Source: Eukaryota sp. GEM-RC1 (Eukaryota). Taken from it: a stretch of 64,000 nucleotides of DNA. The notes below the pieces were generated by a model. The model was not told the origin of the DNA, did not search any database, and saw only the letters and a program-made list of their open reading frames with translations. Below, in pieces: positions 1-12,490 of the stretch; positions within the stretch are counted from its first letter, which is position 1, and each line of letters begins with the position of its first letter. Made by a program: the position numbers and the translations under genes. The stretch spans positions 2,108,001 through 2,172,000 of the forward strand of contig JAUFOQ010000016.1 of assembly GCA_040285855.1 (NCBI GenBank). Direction: 5' to 3'.

Positions 1-77
1 TATTTAGTCTAAATAATTTGAACCAAGACTGACCTGACCTACTACTACATGTAGTACATGTACATAGTTTGACAAAC

Positions 78-520
78 TTTATTCGGTACCTAATAAGGTA
101 ACCTTCCTACAAACTATGAAATTGTAAAAACAAACAAATAAGATTAAATCCAAACGAAATCATCACCACCCGGTAAAAGATTACGTTTTTCAACATTGAC
201 CTTCACACCAAACTTGTACAATTTCTCAATTAATCTAGAGAAATAGAAAGACATATTCTGAAATATGCAAAACACTATACTGTTTTTCCATTCAGCCATT
301 CTAAACTTACGCTTCTTTTCTTTACACAGTTCTTCGAAATTCTTGAAAAAGTGATCACCAGCAGGACTAATCGATCCAAAAACAGAAACAACAAAGGTTG
401 AAACACAAGTTTGGAATAGGAGTTTCGATTTAATTCTTCAACTTGAAAGTCATACTTGGAGTGTTTGTGCTTTCCAGCAGCTGTTAACGGATTAAAAGAA
501 GAATCTACTAGTAATATCCT
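78..520 (-). mobile_element. 3' fragment of CRE/SLACS-like non-LTR retrotransposon (REL endonuclease C-terminus plus 3' UTR)
   Basis: Near-identical to ~50594-51040 (shared ...aataaggtaaccttcctacaaactatgaaattgtaaaaacaaacaaat... and downstream coding), which belongs to an RT-REL element. Confidence 0.8.
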
Positions 521-573
521 ACTAACACATCTCAGATGTTCATTGTAGACTGAATTTTCTTCTCTTCCTCAAC

Positions 574-1393
574 ATGAGCCTCGATACCGTCAATCAACTT
601 ATTCTCGATCTTGAGACCCAAATGAAGATCAATCCTAAGCAGGGTCGTTTGATGGACAAATGTGGATATGTCATGACAAAACCATATGAGAAACATTGTC
701 CTATCTGTCTGATCCGATCCTATAAGACTCAAAAACTCCCACCACCAGTCAGCATGACTCCTCTTGATCTCAACGCTATTGCTGCTGAAGGCGAAAAACG
801 CCGCAATGCCCAAGCAAAGGCGAAAGCCGAAGCTCCTCCAGCCGAATCTCAACCCAAACAGGAGAAAAAAGCCCAAAAAGGCTGCTCCTACTGAGTCTGA
901 TCCCGATTTATTTGGCAAAGGCTTAATTGTTGTTGGAAAAGTCCTTGAGATCTCTGAAGTAGAAGGATCTGACAAGCTCATCCAAGGAGAGATTGACATT
1001 GGTATCGGAGAACCAAGACATGTCGTTGCCGGCCTTAAAGCATTCTTTGCTCCCGAAGACCTGGTCAACAAACGCCTTTTGGTTGCTGCTAATCTCAAGC
1101 CCGCTAAACTTGCCGGAATTCTCTCTGAAGTTATGATTTTGGCTGCCACTGGTGACGATGGAAGTGTAAAGTATATCACACCTCCTGAAGGTGCTAACGT
1201 TGGTGAACGTGCTTCTATTGAAGGTTTCCCACAGCTGGCTGAACCAGCAAAGAATTTGAACTCAAAACAATGGGGAAAGATTGTTGATCACCTACATGTT
1301 CAAAACGAAGTTGCAATGTTTAAAGAACACAAGATTCTAGTGAATGGAACGGAATGCGCTTGTCACGTCAACGATGGAGCGAAAATAAAATAG
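574..1393 (+). CDS. tRNA-binding OB-fold (EMAP II/Arc1p/AIMP1-like) protein; one gene split by a +1 indel at A6 865-870
   Basis: C-terminal VGKVLE..GSDKL..IDIG..PRHVVAGL..VAANLKPAKLAGILSEVMILAA..PPEGANVGER is a classic tRNA_bind domain. Removing one A joins ORF 574 (..QEK) to ORF 764 (KPKKAAPTE). Confidence 0.85.
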
Positions 1394-1449
1394 AGATAAT
1401 TTATTAAATACAGATGTCTTTTGTTTTTCAAAATTTTAAATAATATACA

Positions 1450-4400
1450 CTATTGGTCAACTTTTCTTAGATAACTCGGTGGAACATACTTTGGTTCACC
1501 GATATCATTAATAGCTACAAACCAACCAGATCTCTCTCCAACAACCTCCACTAACTGAGCAGGGAGGAGGTTCATGTAGTGGCTAGCGGGAGCATCGAAC
1601 TTGTAGAGGGCTCGGTAAATGGTAGATGACGGAGGGGGTGGAGGTGGAGGAAGATCGTCAATAGAATCAGTGTTAGAAGGAAGACGTGACCGACTGTCAT
1701 CATTGATCTCTTCTTTAGTTTCTGGTTCTTTTATCACATCTGCTTTTACAATAGGTTCAGACTGCCTCTTTAACGTTTGTCTTTTTTAATAAAGGATTCT
1801 CAATCAATTCAGGTGAGCTCAATGGCCGATCAACTTCCGGCTCATTAACTTCATCTTCTACTTGTTCCACCTCCTCTACAAGTGGTTCCAACGCTTCATT
1901 CCCTGTGCCTGTAGCATCATTATCATCCACTTCCTCAGCCTGAACAGTCTTCTTTCCAGTCCTAAAGCTTGGAGCAGGGGGGAGGGGAGGATTGGACAGG
2001 GATTGAAGGTTGAATTCTGGTTGGAAAGAGTTCGGTTTGAATTGCTGATAATAATTTACAAATTTCAAATCGGTGATCCTCTGAAGACATAGTTAAACTG
2101 TTTTCAGCCACAGCTTTAGAATAGGTAGGCCGAACCTGAACTTTTCCTCTTAAACAAGTCAAATTAAAAAACTTAGGGGAAGAATTCACAACTTTACCAA
2201 TTACTTCATCAGAAATCTTTAATCTGCAAATCTCATCCCCTTTCTTACCAAAACGTTTCTTCTCAGTTACAACGACTGCACCTGGATTAACTTCTAGAAA
2301 GACCTTAACCTTGTGAGATTCATGAGGGACAACCAGTTTGAGACTGAAGGTTTTGGGCAATCTAAAACTAGCAATCAAATCAGGCGTGAGAGTCGCGATT
2401 TGGATTGTTCTTACTGATTGCTCTAGAACCTTTAAACCAGTAGTAGAAACGTGTTCAAATGTGTCATCTTCAGCTTCGAAATCTTCGTGGACAGAGTCTT
2501 CCTCTGGAGCAGTTTCAGAGTGACAGAGCTTGGATCTAGGCGTGAGAGGAGTGGACGCAGCAGCGGCTACTGGTGGGAGAGATTCTGATGAAGGAAGTTG
2601 TGGATGTAGCTCGTACAGGTCACAATCATCGACTGGGATCATCACGTAATCATCGGAAGTAGAGCTCACAGGTTCTTCTACGTGTAGATCATTTGCTTCC
2701 ACTTCTTGTATCTGATCATCTTCTGCAATCGTCACTCTCAAGTTCTTCCGATCTCCTCCACTCTTCTTTACTGTCTCACAAGGGGATTCTAAAAGAGACT
2801 CCTTTGGCTTTGCCCTGGTAAAGGAACCCTTGGGTCTTGGTAAGGGAGTTGTACATGGAGGGAGAGACATGGATTGAGCAGGGGTTGACTTAGGGACATC
2901 GAGCAGAACATCATTGACGATTTCATTGGTTTCGACGGGGTTCTGATTGACTTCAATAGACTTCTGTTTCGGTTCAACTGGTTTTTGAGGTTTTTGATCG
3001 ACCATTACTGGTTTTTGAGGTTTTTGATTGACTTCAATAGACTTCGATTTTTGACGAAGTTCCACTGGAGTTTGATCGACCATTATTGGTTTCTGAGGTT
3101 TTTGTTTGATCTCGTACTTTTCAGTAGGAGAAACTGCTTCATGCGGAGACTCAATCGGCTCAGGTTCAAATGACGAGATATCATCAGCTAAAGAAGAATG
3201 TGCTTTGAACTCTTGAACAGGGCTCACAGTTGGTTCAGCAATCTCAAAATCGTCATCACTTTCCTTTTCTGAAAAAGAGCTCACAGCCACGTGTTCAGTA
3301 GTCATCATGGGAGTATACACTGGTGGTTTACTCCTAGGTTTGGGAATAGGCTCGACATCTTCTTCAATCACAACAGTAGGTTCTTCAAGATCCTCCTGTT
3401 GTTCCTCAGAGTGATCATTTTTGATTGATGAAGGCTCTGGTTGACTGCAATCAGATTTCTCTTGATTTCCAGTAGATTCAACAGGAGTCCTAGCCGAGAC
3501 TCTTTTTCTGGAGACATTCTCTTAGTGCCCCAATCAGATTTTAATTTTTGATCAATATTTAAAGTCATATGTCTAACACTAGACAGAAGTTCTTGTTCTG
3601 ATGACACTGCTTTGGAAAACAATGATAAGGAATCTGCTAATGGGGAGCTCTTGTTTTCTTGAAGGGTGGATCTAGAAGATCTTTTGGGGCTTCTGGCAAT
3701 CGGACTTCTGGTAATTGGAGATTTGACTAAATTTGGGGATTTTTTAATTTTTTGAGGACTCGACTTTGCAGGTGAACACAAAAAGTGCGTTAGTCTAGAA
3801 TTTCTAGATAACACTTCCGAAACAGTTTTGCACTGAGGCGAACTCATCAAATTTGATGACATGTTGAGTGCAATCAACGACGGATGATTGCAAACAGCTT
3901 CTGCTATATCTAAACAACCATTATGAAACGGAATCTCATTCGATCTCAAGTTCAAAAAGACCAACGTCCTATTCAAAGCCAATGCATTGACCAGAGCCCG
4001 TGCTCCCTCTTTAGCCACGCAATTAGAAGAAAGATCTAACCGCTTCAACACAGTATTTGCTCTTAATCCGTGGGAGATGTTGATGACCCCGATATCACCG
4101 AGTTTGTTAGATCCCAGATGAAGTTCACGAAGGCAAGTGTTAGTGGAAAGGAGGTGTTTGAGAGCAGCGGAGGAATCAGAAGTGAGATTATTGGACCATA
4201 GGTTAAGGTGGACGAGCTTTTTGCCGGCATTTAGAATATGAACAGCTCCAGCGTCACCAAGATTGTTAGCAAAGAGATCTAGATGGACGAGAGAACAATG
4301 GGGAAGTACTGATGACAGATGGGCAGCTCCTTGGTCTGTAATGGAGTTAGCCCCTAGGTTTAGTTGAGCAAGAGAGTTGTTGGAGTAGAGGGATTGAGCG

Positions 4401-4771
4401 AGGTGGAAGACACCATTGTCAGAAATAGAGTTGTATCGGAGGAATAGGGACCGCAGAGAGGTGTTGGTGGCTAGAGATGATGATAGAGCAATGAGGCCTT
4501 CATCAGAGATACGGTTTCCAGCTAGATCTAGGACTTGGAGGGTGCAATGTGAAGAAGCTAGATATTGAGAGAAATGAATACAGGAAGAATCAGTAATCCT
4601 GTTGGAACCAAGGTCTATAAAACGTAGCTTGTTGAATTGAAGAAGTGTGGGGATTGAGATATCGCTAATAAGTTGGTTGAAGAACTTGACAGATAGAGGA
4701 CCAGCATCAGGACCTTCTGTCTTTAACAAAGTGTGTAACTCATCAAGAGACGAGACATTCTGCTCCTGCAT
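1450..4771 (-). CDS. Leucine-rich repeat (RI/NLRC3-like) protein with low-complexity linker and C-terminal SH3 domain; four ORFs joined at homopolymer indels
   Basis: LxxLxLxxNxIxDxG repeats in ORF 3368-4852 and SH3 (YRALYKF..GWF..YVPPSYL) in 1450-1737. Frames join by single indels at T5 3503-3507, G6 1977-1982 and T6 1782-1787. First ATG is at 4771. Confidence 0.75.
2940..3105 (-). repeat. Imperfect coding tandem repeat (QKPQKPxMVDQ / SIEVNQ units)
   Basis: Repeated tttgatcgaccatta and gattgacttcaatagactt blocks inside the LRR-SH3 linker. Confidence 0.8.
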
Positions 4772-4814
4772 TGAAGAGAATTTGTTGAGACGAAAATTGT
4801 TACAACCTTCACAA

Positions 4815-6422
4815 ATGACTAAGCGAAGTTCTTCTAATGAAACAGAACCCAAGAAACCTCGTCTTGATGTAGAAGAAGCAGCAGAAGAAGATTCTGTGGA
4901 AAAAGTACCTAAAAGAGAAAAACGTCGTCAACGTCTTATGGAATCTCCTACTGGTGAACTTACCGTCACCCTTACTCCTAAATGGGCAGAACTCTTAAAA
5001 AAAGAAACCACAACTGATCGAGCTAAAGAACTTAGTCAAGAAATACATTCCGTTGTTGAAACTCACTATGTGGAAGTTGGCCGAACTAAACGCGGATCAC
5101 GTATTGTGCAATCCGTGATAAAGTTTGGTGATAACGAGATCAGACAAACCATTATATCAGAACTCACTGGTCACTTTGTTGATTTCTGCCGTAAAAGTTG
5201 CACCCGTCACATCATCTCCAGGTTGATCCAACACTGCAACAAAACCCTGATAGCTCCTCTCCTTGTAGAAGTTCTCCCCGAATCTACTACTCTGATAAAG
5301 AACTTGGAAGGTGCTCGAATCTTACAGGATCTCTTCAACTCAATGAAGTACCTTAAGAAGCAGCTTACACTTGTAGTTCTGGGAAAGGATGTTCTGAGTA
5401 TCTGTGAACTAGAACAACTCGATCCCCTGAAAACCTCTCTTAAAGACATTCTTGAGAAGAGACCTCTGAGAAAGGAGGAGATTCTAAAGCGATCTATTGA
5501 TAACATGGCTATCATCCTATCTAAGGGAATTGGAATGTTAACTCTAGTACAAACCGCCTTCTGGTCGCTTGTTTCCTGTTGTTCTCCTTCAGTTATCCGT
5601 GCTTCAGTTGTCCCTCTTGTTAAAGATCACTTCATTGAGTTATTAGAGTCTTCATTTGGTCGTAAAGTTCTGATTCAGTGCATTAGATGTGGAACTGCGC
5701 GTGATCGAAGAACTTTTGTTAAGAAAGTTAAAGGAAAGGCTGCTGAGATTGCCTGTACAGAGGAGGTCTATATCGTTATTTTGGCTTTGATTGCTTGTAC
5801 TGATGATACCTCTCTAGTTAACAAACATATCCTTTCAGAGATTCTACCACATGTAGAGACAATGTTTACTTCAAAGTATGGATCTACTGTGCTTAAGTTC
5901 TTAGTTGCTGGTCGGGCTGCCAAGTCAATTTCTCCACCCATTCTAGAGTCTTTTTCTGTTATTGAGATCGATGAGGAGCTTTCCTCTAAGAAAGATGAGG
6001 ACATCCGATGTAAGGAAGTTCAACAGATCGTAGCTGAACCTATTCTAACCTGTATCCAAACTAATTTCCTTACTTACCTTGCACATCCTATCGCTCAGTA
6101 TGTTATTCTGGAGGCAGTTTCCCACTTAGAAGCCGATCTACTTAAAGAAACTTTGCCTGAACTCTTAAAGGAATTTGATATTGAAAAGATCACGTCATCT
6201 TTGTTGATTAGACCTGTTAAACGATTGTTCAGGACTGGTGTGGCTGAAGTTGTAAGTACAATTACTAATATTGTATTGACAGCGGATTTAACACCGTTTG
6301 TGGATAATGTTGATGTTGGATTCTTTTTGCAAGCTATTGTGGATTTTGTAAAAGATGCGGATGAGAAACTTTGTTTAAAGCTTCGAAAACGAATCAAAAA
6401 ACAAGGAATCAACTTAAATTAG
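4815..6422 (+). CDS. PUM3: Pumilio-like nucleolar RNA-binding protein (PUM3/Puf6, CPL domain)
   Basis: Puf repeats (GSRIVQSVIKFG), GTARDRRTFVK, DDTSLVNKHILSEI and CPL-like SKKDEDIRCKE. First ATG is at 4815. Confidence 0.8.
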   Translation: MTKRSSSNETEPKKPRLDVEEAAEEDSVEKVPKREKRRQRLMESPTGELTVTLTPKWAELLKKETTTDRAKELSQEIHSVVETHYVEVGRTKRGSRIVQSVIKFGDNEIRQTIISELTGHFVDFCRKSCTRHIISRLIQHCNKTLIAPLLVEVLPESTTLIKNLEGARILQDLFNSMKYLKKQLTLVVLGKDVLSICELEQLDPLKTSLKDILEKRPLRKEEILKRSIDNMAIILSKGIGMLTLVQTAFWSLVSCCSPSVIRASVVPLVKDHFIELLESSFGRKVLIQCIRCGTARDRRTFVKKVKGKAAEIACTEEVYIVILALIACTDDTSLVNKHILSEILPHVETMFTSKYGSTVLKFLVAGRAAKSISPPILESFSVIEIDEELSSKKDEDIRCKEVQQIVAEPILTCIQTNFLTYLAHPIAQYVILEAVSHLEADLLKETLPELLKEFDIEKITSSLLIRPVKRLFRTGVAEVVSTITNIVLTADLTPFVDNVDVGFFLQAIVDFVKDADEKLCLKLRKRIKKQGINLN

Positions 6423-6510
6423 TTTTATTAGCTGTGAATTTCAGTTTTATTAGTATTTTTTTATAGATTTTCTTTATTTTAGTTAAATTACCAACTTTTG
6501 CTTAAATACA

Positions 6511-6948
6511 TTAAACCCTGCCACTTAAGACTCGGGTTCTGTACGTTTCCTGATCCCCCCATAGTTGTGCAGCTTCATTATTCAGCGGGGAGTCAACATT
6601 GGGAGAATCTAGAAGACTCTGAATAGATAAAAGAATCGACCTAACATCATAAGCAGCGCTCCACTCTTCTTTCAGAATGTCCAGACAAATGTTACCATGG
6701 ACATCTACGTTTGGGTGGAAGATGGGAGAGGAAAACTTTACAACAGGAGGTTTATAAGGATACTCTTCTGAGAACTTGAAGGTAAGGGAGTATTCACAGC
6801 CGTCAAAGACAGTGCCGTCAGCTCCAAGGATTGTGCCGTTCCATTCAAGGATGGTATCGCCACTGGGGAAAGCAGAGATTCCATCATCATCTGATGACAT
6901 CATGGTCATAAGTTCCGATTGAAGACGACGTTGAACCTCAACTGACAT
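6511..6948 (-). CDS. UBE2C: Ubiquitin-conjugating enzyme E2 C (UbcH10-like)
   Basis: RRLQSELMTMM..GISAFP is UBE2C-typical; HPNVDVHGNICLDILK is the catalytic motif. Confidence 0.9.
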   Translation of the reverse strand: MSVEVQRRLQSELMTMMSSDDDGISAFPSGDTILEWNGTILGADGTVFDGCEYSLTFKFSEEYPYKPPVVKFSSPIFHPNVDVHGNICLDILKEEWSAAYDVRSILLSIQSLLDSPNVDSPLNNEAAQLWGDQETYRTRVLSGRV

Positions 6949-7644
6949 TGTTTAGTTGGTGGTTGGAAGAAGCAAAAAGGCAGTTTTTGATTTCCTTCAA
7001 TCTTCCTCGCCCCATACGAACCGTGAAATCCATTGCTCAAACTTGATCAAGGGATTCTCTTTCTGTCTTAACTAGTCAGATTTTAGTTCGATTTTGTTAA
7101 GGTTTTTGGATGTCACATGAAGAAAGCAAGTTTCTTTATTCCTAACCGTCATTCTGATGACGTGATTTGCTCAGGTTATGATTGCAGTCAAGAACATTGT
7201 TCAGCATTCGTGTTTAATTAAAGTAACTTGCATTTAAGTTTCTTCTTTGAATGAAGAATGTTCTGCTTTTTAATTGGCAATTTAATTGATCCCTTGAACT
7301 CAAGCTTTTTAAGGGTTATGGTTTAATCCCAAGTCATTGTTTTTGGGAATATATTTTCATTCCTACATCAACAAAGATGAATTATTTCAATACTAATTAG
7401 TGCCAAATAATAAATAATTCACACCACATGTAATTAAAAAGACTTTATTTAAGAAAAACAGAACAACTACAATTGATTGACAGCTGCCCTAACGACATCC
7501 TCATTCCAAAATCTTCCATTGACTTGAAGAAACAGTTCGTCAAAAGAGGTGTTCAGTCATGTCCTGAAACTATGCAGGATGACTGTCATGAAACAGCCTT
7601 TTCAAAGTCTGGAATGTGCATAATTAAATCAAATATCTGATTCA

Positions 7645-8037
7645 TTACAGCTCGATATAGGCTGGCAGATTGCGAAGACCAAATAGCGGACGGATATAGC
7701 AGATAGCCTTTCCTGGAATGGCGCTAATTGTTTTATCCCGATCTTGGGGTACAACATGTGTTTGATGATAGGCTCTGGATAGATCAAAACATGCTATATA
7801 TCTTGCTTTGCATAGTAATTCAGAGATTGCGGACAGGGAAGGAATGACTGTCGTTATAGAGACTGTTATGAAGTTAATCTTGGTGTAGTCACCAGCAAGG
7901 AGTGGTTTCTTTGCTGCATATTCGATTAGTAGAACATGATATTGGAACTTTTTGTGTCCTTCTACATGATCAGCGAAACCCTTATCAACAAGTCCCTGAA
8001 CAACGTCTTCTGCTATTGGGAAGACGGGAGAAAACAC
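7645..8037 (-). mobile_element. Ty3/gypsy-type LTR retrotransposon reverse transcriptase fragment (degenerate)
   Basis: DYTKIN..CFDLSRAYHQ..DRDKT..PLFGLRNLPA matches LTR RT motifs; truncated before YxDD. Confidence 0.75.
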
Positions 8038-9119
8038 ATTATCGAATTCATAAAGTGTTTCGTGAATGATTGTTCTTTGTTATTCATTTTAGGTAGAGAG
8101 GTCGTACACAGCATAATTATCCTCATATGTATCAAAGACTAATTGATCGTCTGGCTCTTTAACGATGTTCACTTCATCTTTGACTCTACGTTTTTGGAGG
8201 GCATTTGGCTGCAGTATGGCCAGATTTTTTAAAACAAGAAATTGTCTTTTCTCCATTTGAATTGGTTTAAAATTATGTAGGAGGGAAATTCAATGCTTAA
8301 TTGGTGGTTCCTGAATTATTGAAACAACTAGTATTGTAATTAGTGCAATTTATTGGCCGATTATCAAATTCTTGTGTACAGTCAATGCGTTTTGAAACAC
8401 ACTTGGAAAATACAGCCACTCCCTGGAAAAAAATACAAAAAATACAGAAATACAAAAAAATACAGTATTTGTATTTTCCAAGTATTTTTGAAATATCCAT
8501 AGGCATACTAGTATGTATATCAATCAACCGTTGTTTAAAGAAAATTATTAACCATAGGGTTAATTCATAGATATAATCTTCTTCACATTAATGTGTTTCC
8601 AAACTCTTCTTAAAACACATAACGTCTCACCCACAAGAGTGTCAGTTCAAGAAAGGTGTTAAACCGAGAGTTTCGTCAGTCTGGTTGTAAAAGACATTTC
8701 GACATGGAAAACAAACCGGTGTTACGACAATGATAACACCGTGGTAGTTAGATACTTGGAAGTTAACTTTAAAGCAGTTTTTTCAGACTACATGTCATAG
8801 ATGTTCTATTTTGTATACTTGGGTTTTTTTGTTGATTACAGAGGCCAATCTTCAAAGTAACCTGTTTGATATCAAAACAAGTGAATTTACTAGAAAATTC
8901 TTTTATTTTTTGATTCAAATTGAAAAGAACAAAACTCATTTTTAATTTTTCAAGAAATGTTTATAGAGGAGCAGGACAAAAATAGATATCAAATTAAAAT
9001 CCATGAAACACTATTCACGAATTCCTGGTCAGTAGTTCCACAGTTCTTATTTTTAGTGATAATTGATTTAATAAATTTGGGTACTCATCGGAACAGGAAA
9101 AAATCAAACGAATATGCCA

Positions 9120-9650
9120 ACTTGATAAGTTGAATCTCTTATTCTGAGACTTCCACATAGACTCAAACTCCATTTCCAACTGAGAAGCCGTTTCACCAAT
9201 ATGTACAACAAATTAGAACAAATAGAAATTTTGGATCAAATTTTCGATCGAGCTTAGCAATGTCATTAGAATTCAATATATTTTACGTTTTGGAGCTGTT
9301 TCTAAGTGGTTAAATCCTTTTGAAGTTATACTGTTATTATAAGTTTAAGCAAATGGATCTAATGTTAAAACATCAAGGATAATATACACCTGTACCTGCA
9401 TCAATAAGAAGACTATCTAAAAGTCCGCCTTGACCAGAATTATTAAATAAATCAAGACCGAAATGAAATCCATGAGCTTAAAACATTTCAGATGTTACAT
9501 CTCTGACAGTATTATGAAGAACAGAACGAAATGAATTAATTTGGGGCAATTAATGACATGTCTAAAAGTTGCGTTCCGACAATGACTACATACATATTCA
9601 GCATTGTCGACCAATTCAACAGGAAACAACCCCAAAGGTAAGCGCATATG
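9120..9650 (-). mobile_element. Scrambled fragments of a CRE-like retrotransposon
   Basis: Blocks match ~50425-50520 (gataagtt.aatctcttattctgag) and ~52130-52280 (gaattattaa.taaatcaagacc..gaaatccatgagc). Confidence 0.65.
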
Positions 9651-10582
9651 GAATTTACAGACTTCAGAATATTTTTTATAATATTTAAAATATTAAAAAG
9701 AGTGAGAAAAACAACAAAATAATTACTTAAACCAAGAAACGACTTTCCGATTTTTAGAATTGTACCAATCATTACGTGGTCTTAGAGTTTAGTGACTCCT
9801 TCCTCTGATATTATATCATTAAAGTCCTTCAGACATTTATACAAAAATTGGGGTTTATGATTAATCAGTGAAAGACTTTTTTCAAAAACTATTAATATAT
9901 ATTGTGGAAAGATGTTTTTTCGGACGTTTGTTCAGGATCTTTCATCCGTTTCAACGTAACGTGCCGTACGCACCATAAAAAGAGCTTTATATTACGATTA
10001 AAGATGACATTTTTACTGATAAAATCAAATTTGGTTATTTATTTACAACATAACTTTCATTCAACTCCCAGTTGAACCAACTAAATTGATGAAAACAAAT
10101 AGAGATCATATGAAGAACTCAGACCAATTGATTGATGAATGTCTAAAGAGAATGAAATGTCAAGAGTGAGATCAGTGGAGAAGACGTTAGAAGTAGAGAG
10201 TAAATGAAAGACAATCGGACGAAGATCAGAGAGATAATTTGTTAAGGGAATAACAGGTGCTAGAGAGAGGATGGTCCGTTGCCAGAATCACCTGAGTAAG
10301 CTTATGAAGAATACATGAAATAAGCTATTCAACCTCTATTTCACAAGAACATTTGATCGAACGAGATCTTTGGCTTATATGGATGATTTGAGAAAGTCTG
10401 TAACAAGGTAACTGCTGTTCTCAAGGACTACCAGCAGAAGGATCGTCGATTTGAAAGAGTGATGGAGAGCAGATTGAAAGACATAAATTTCAAGCACGAC
10501 AAAAGTCAATTGTCGTGCCTCTCCAATTCAACAAACTTGAAATGCAGGACCGGCAACCCCTTCCAGAGGACCCCTTCTGTTA

Positions 10583-12076
10583 ATGGCTACACCGAACTAC
10601 ACTGACTTCTTCCCTAAACCCAACCAATCTGCTTTTGATAATGCGGACGGTTTTTGCCTCAAAAACGAACAGTCTGCAAACCCACCGTCGCAACCTCCAG
10701 TACTCAGAAGTCCTAACCCAAGACATCGAATTGATCGCTCCATATACTCTCCAACTCCTCGTGCTGTTGACAAGTCTCAACCTTCCCCAAATCAATGCGC
10801 CTCCAGCCTAATGCACATCTCCTACACTGACTTTGAAGTCCTCGGAACAGTAGGATCTGGCTCCTTTGGTGACGTCTACAAGGTCAGATCCCCTCAAGAC
10901 GGAGAACTCTACGCCATTAAGAAGCTACACCCCTACAAGGGCATTAAAGACAGACAACGCCGTATCAGAGAAGTGATGACCGTTAGAAAGCTAGGAAATC
11001 ACCCGCATATTGTACAGTACATTGATGGATGGGAAGAGTGTGGTTGTCTTCATATCCAATCAGAGCTCTGTGAGTTGGGCTCACTTGCTTCTCTGCTACA
11101 GCAGAACGGACCTCTAGAGGAAGAAGTTATTTGGAACTTTATTCTAGACATTACGTTAGGACTCAAGCATTTACATGATAATAGAATCCTGCATTTGGAC
11201 ATTAAGCCTTCTAATCTATTGTTAACTCAGAAACAAGACTGTTATGAACTTAAATTAGGAGACTTTGGAATGGCTATACTTGAGTCAGAGATCAAAAGTC
11301 AATGGACTTCTGGAGACGAAGGTGATGCTGCTTACATGGCTCCTGAGCTGCTTGGTTATAATGCTTCTGGTTCTGTTAAAAGATCTGTAGGACGTGCAGC
11401 TGACCTTTTCTCGTTAGGTTGTACCTTGTTTGAAATGGCTGCTCATTTAACTTTGCCTGCTTCTGGTCCTATGTGGCAGTTGCTAAGGTCTGGGCGTGTG
11501 GAGCTTTCTCCTCATGTGGGGACTCACTGGTATAAAAGGTCAGAAGAAATGCAATCTCTTTGCTTATCATTGTTGAATCCTGTTCCATTTGATCGACCTT
11601 TGGTTGATGACGTGTTGTCAACTGGCATAATTAAAGGATTGTTGTTTGAGCGGTATGATGAGGAAGTTCCATTCCCGCCAGTGATTCAGAATGATAATCA
11701 GGTTAAGTTGTATAGGCAAGTTCCATCACGTGGATCTTCAGTAACTGATCTCTTTTCATCAATCAACAGTATGGATCAACAGTCAATGAATGATGATGAT
11801 TGGTTGATGTCATCTGAGCCAGCCAATCAGAATTCTTCAGACTTCCTAAAATCCAAGTTGAGAAAGTCGAAGAGTAAAAGAATTGAACAACTACGACGTC
11901 CGAGTTTCCTATCAATTGATTGTTCTCATGATTTTCTGGTGACTTCTGAAGACTTTGGTACCAGTCCTAAGGCCACTTTTCCATCGTTAAGTCTTGATGA
12001 TGAGGAAGTGAGTAGGCTAGATATTAATTCCTCGCCGCGTTTTTTAGATTCAGATGATGATGAGGTGTTACAGTAA
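10583..12076 (+). CDS. Wee1/Myt1-family protein kinase
   Basis: GSGSFGDVYKV, YAIKK, HLDIKPSN, KLGDFG and the Wee1/Myt1-typical EGDAAYMAPE and LPASGPMWQLLR. Confidence 0.9.
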   Translation: MATPNYTDFFPKPNQSAFDNADGFCLKNEQSANPPSQPPVLRSPNPRHRIDRSIYSPTPRAVDKSQPSPNQCASSLMHISYTDFEVLGTVGSGSFGDVYKVRSPQDGELYAIKKLHPYKGIKDRQRRIREVMTVRKLGNHPHIVQYIDGWEECGCLHIQSELCELGSLASLLQQNGPLEEEVIWNFILDITLGLKHLHDNRILHLDIKPSNLLLTQKQDCYELKLGDFGMAILESEIKSQWTSGDEGDAAYMAPELLGYNASGSVKRSVGRAADLFSLGCTLFEMAAHLTLPASGPMWQLLRSGRVELSPHVGTHWYKRSEEMQSLCLSLLNPVPFDRPLVDDVLSTGIIKGLLFERYDEEVPFPPVIQNDNQVKLYRQVPSRGSSVTDLFSSINSMDQQSMNDDDWLMSSEPANQNSSDFLKSKLRKSKSKRIEQLRRPSFLSIDCSHDFLVTSEDFGTSPKATFPSLSLDDEEVSRLDINSSPRFLDSDDDEVLQ

Positions 12077-12354
12077 AATATAAACAAAAATTAAATTAAA
12101 CTTTGTAAGATTATGATTTATTTTCTCAGACGATAGTATGAATTGATATAACCATGATGATGATGTATCTTATTTGTGAGTCATAATAGAATCTGGGCAT
12201 GACGTGAAATAGTTTAGTTGTCTATTACATCTTCATTTGGAACAATTGATAGTTGCACACTAATTCAGGAACTTAAAAAAGTAACTACTTTACATCAACA
12301 CGGCAATTGTTTTCCCACCGCTTGGAATTCCCTAGCAATTTTAGAATGTTTATA

Positions 12355-12490
12355 TTCTTTTTTTGATAGACGAATTATTTATTCTAAAAGTAATAGACAA
12401 CAACACTACAATGTACATACATCTTATAATCAATATCCTCAAAGTCCAGATTGCCTAACTGGAAATTCTCACCTACCTTATATTCCGAGA
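12355..12490 (-). mobile_element. 3' end plus A-tail of a CRE-like retrotransposon
   Basis: Matches 22520-22640 (ttattctaaaagtaatagacaacaacactaca..caatatcctcaaagtccagattgc), preceded by a T run on the + strand. Confidence 0.7.

Noticed and set aside
865..870. Euplotes-style programmed +1 frameshifting
   Set aside because: The shifts are not at AAA-stop motifs and go in both directions; sequencing error is simpler.
532..1179. 215-aa minus-strand ORF and similar antisense ORFs (e.g. 5207-5515, 46027-46353, 61848-63656)
   Set aside because: These are shadow frames opposite well-supported genes.
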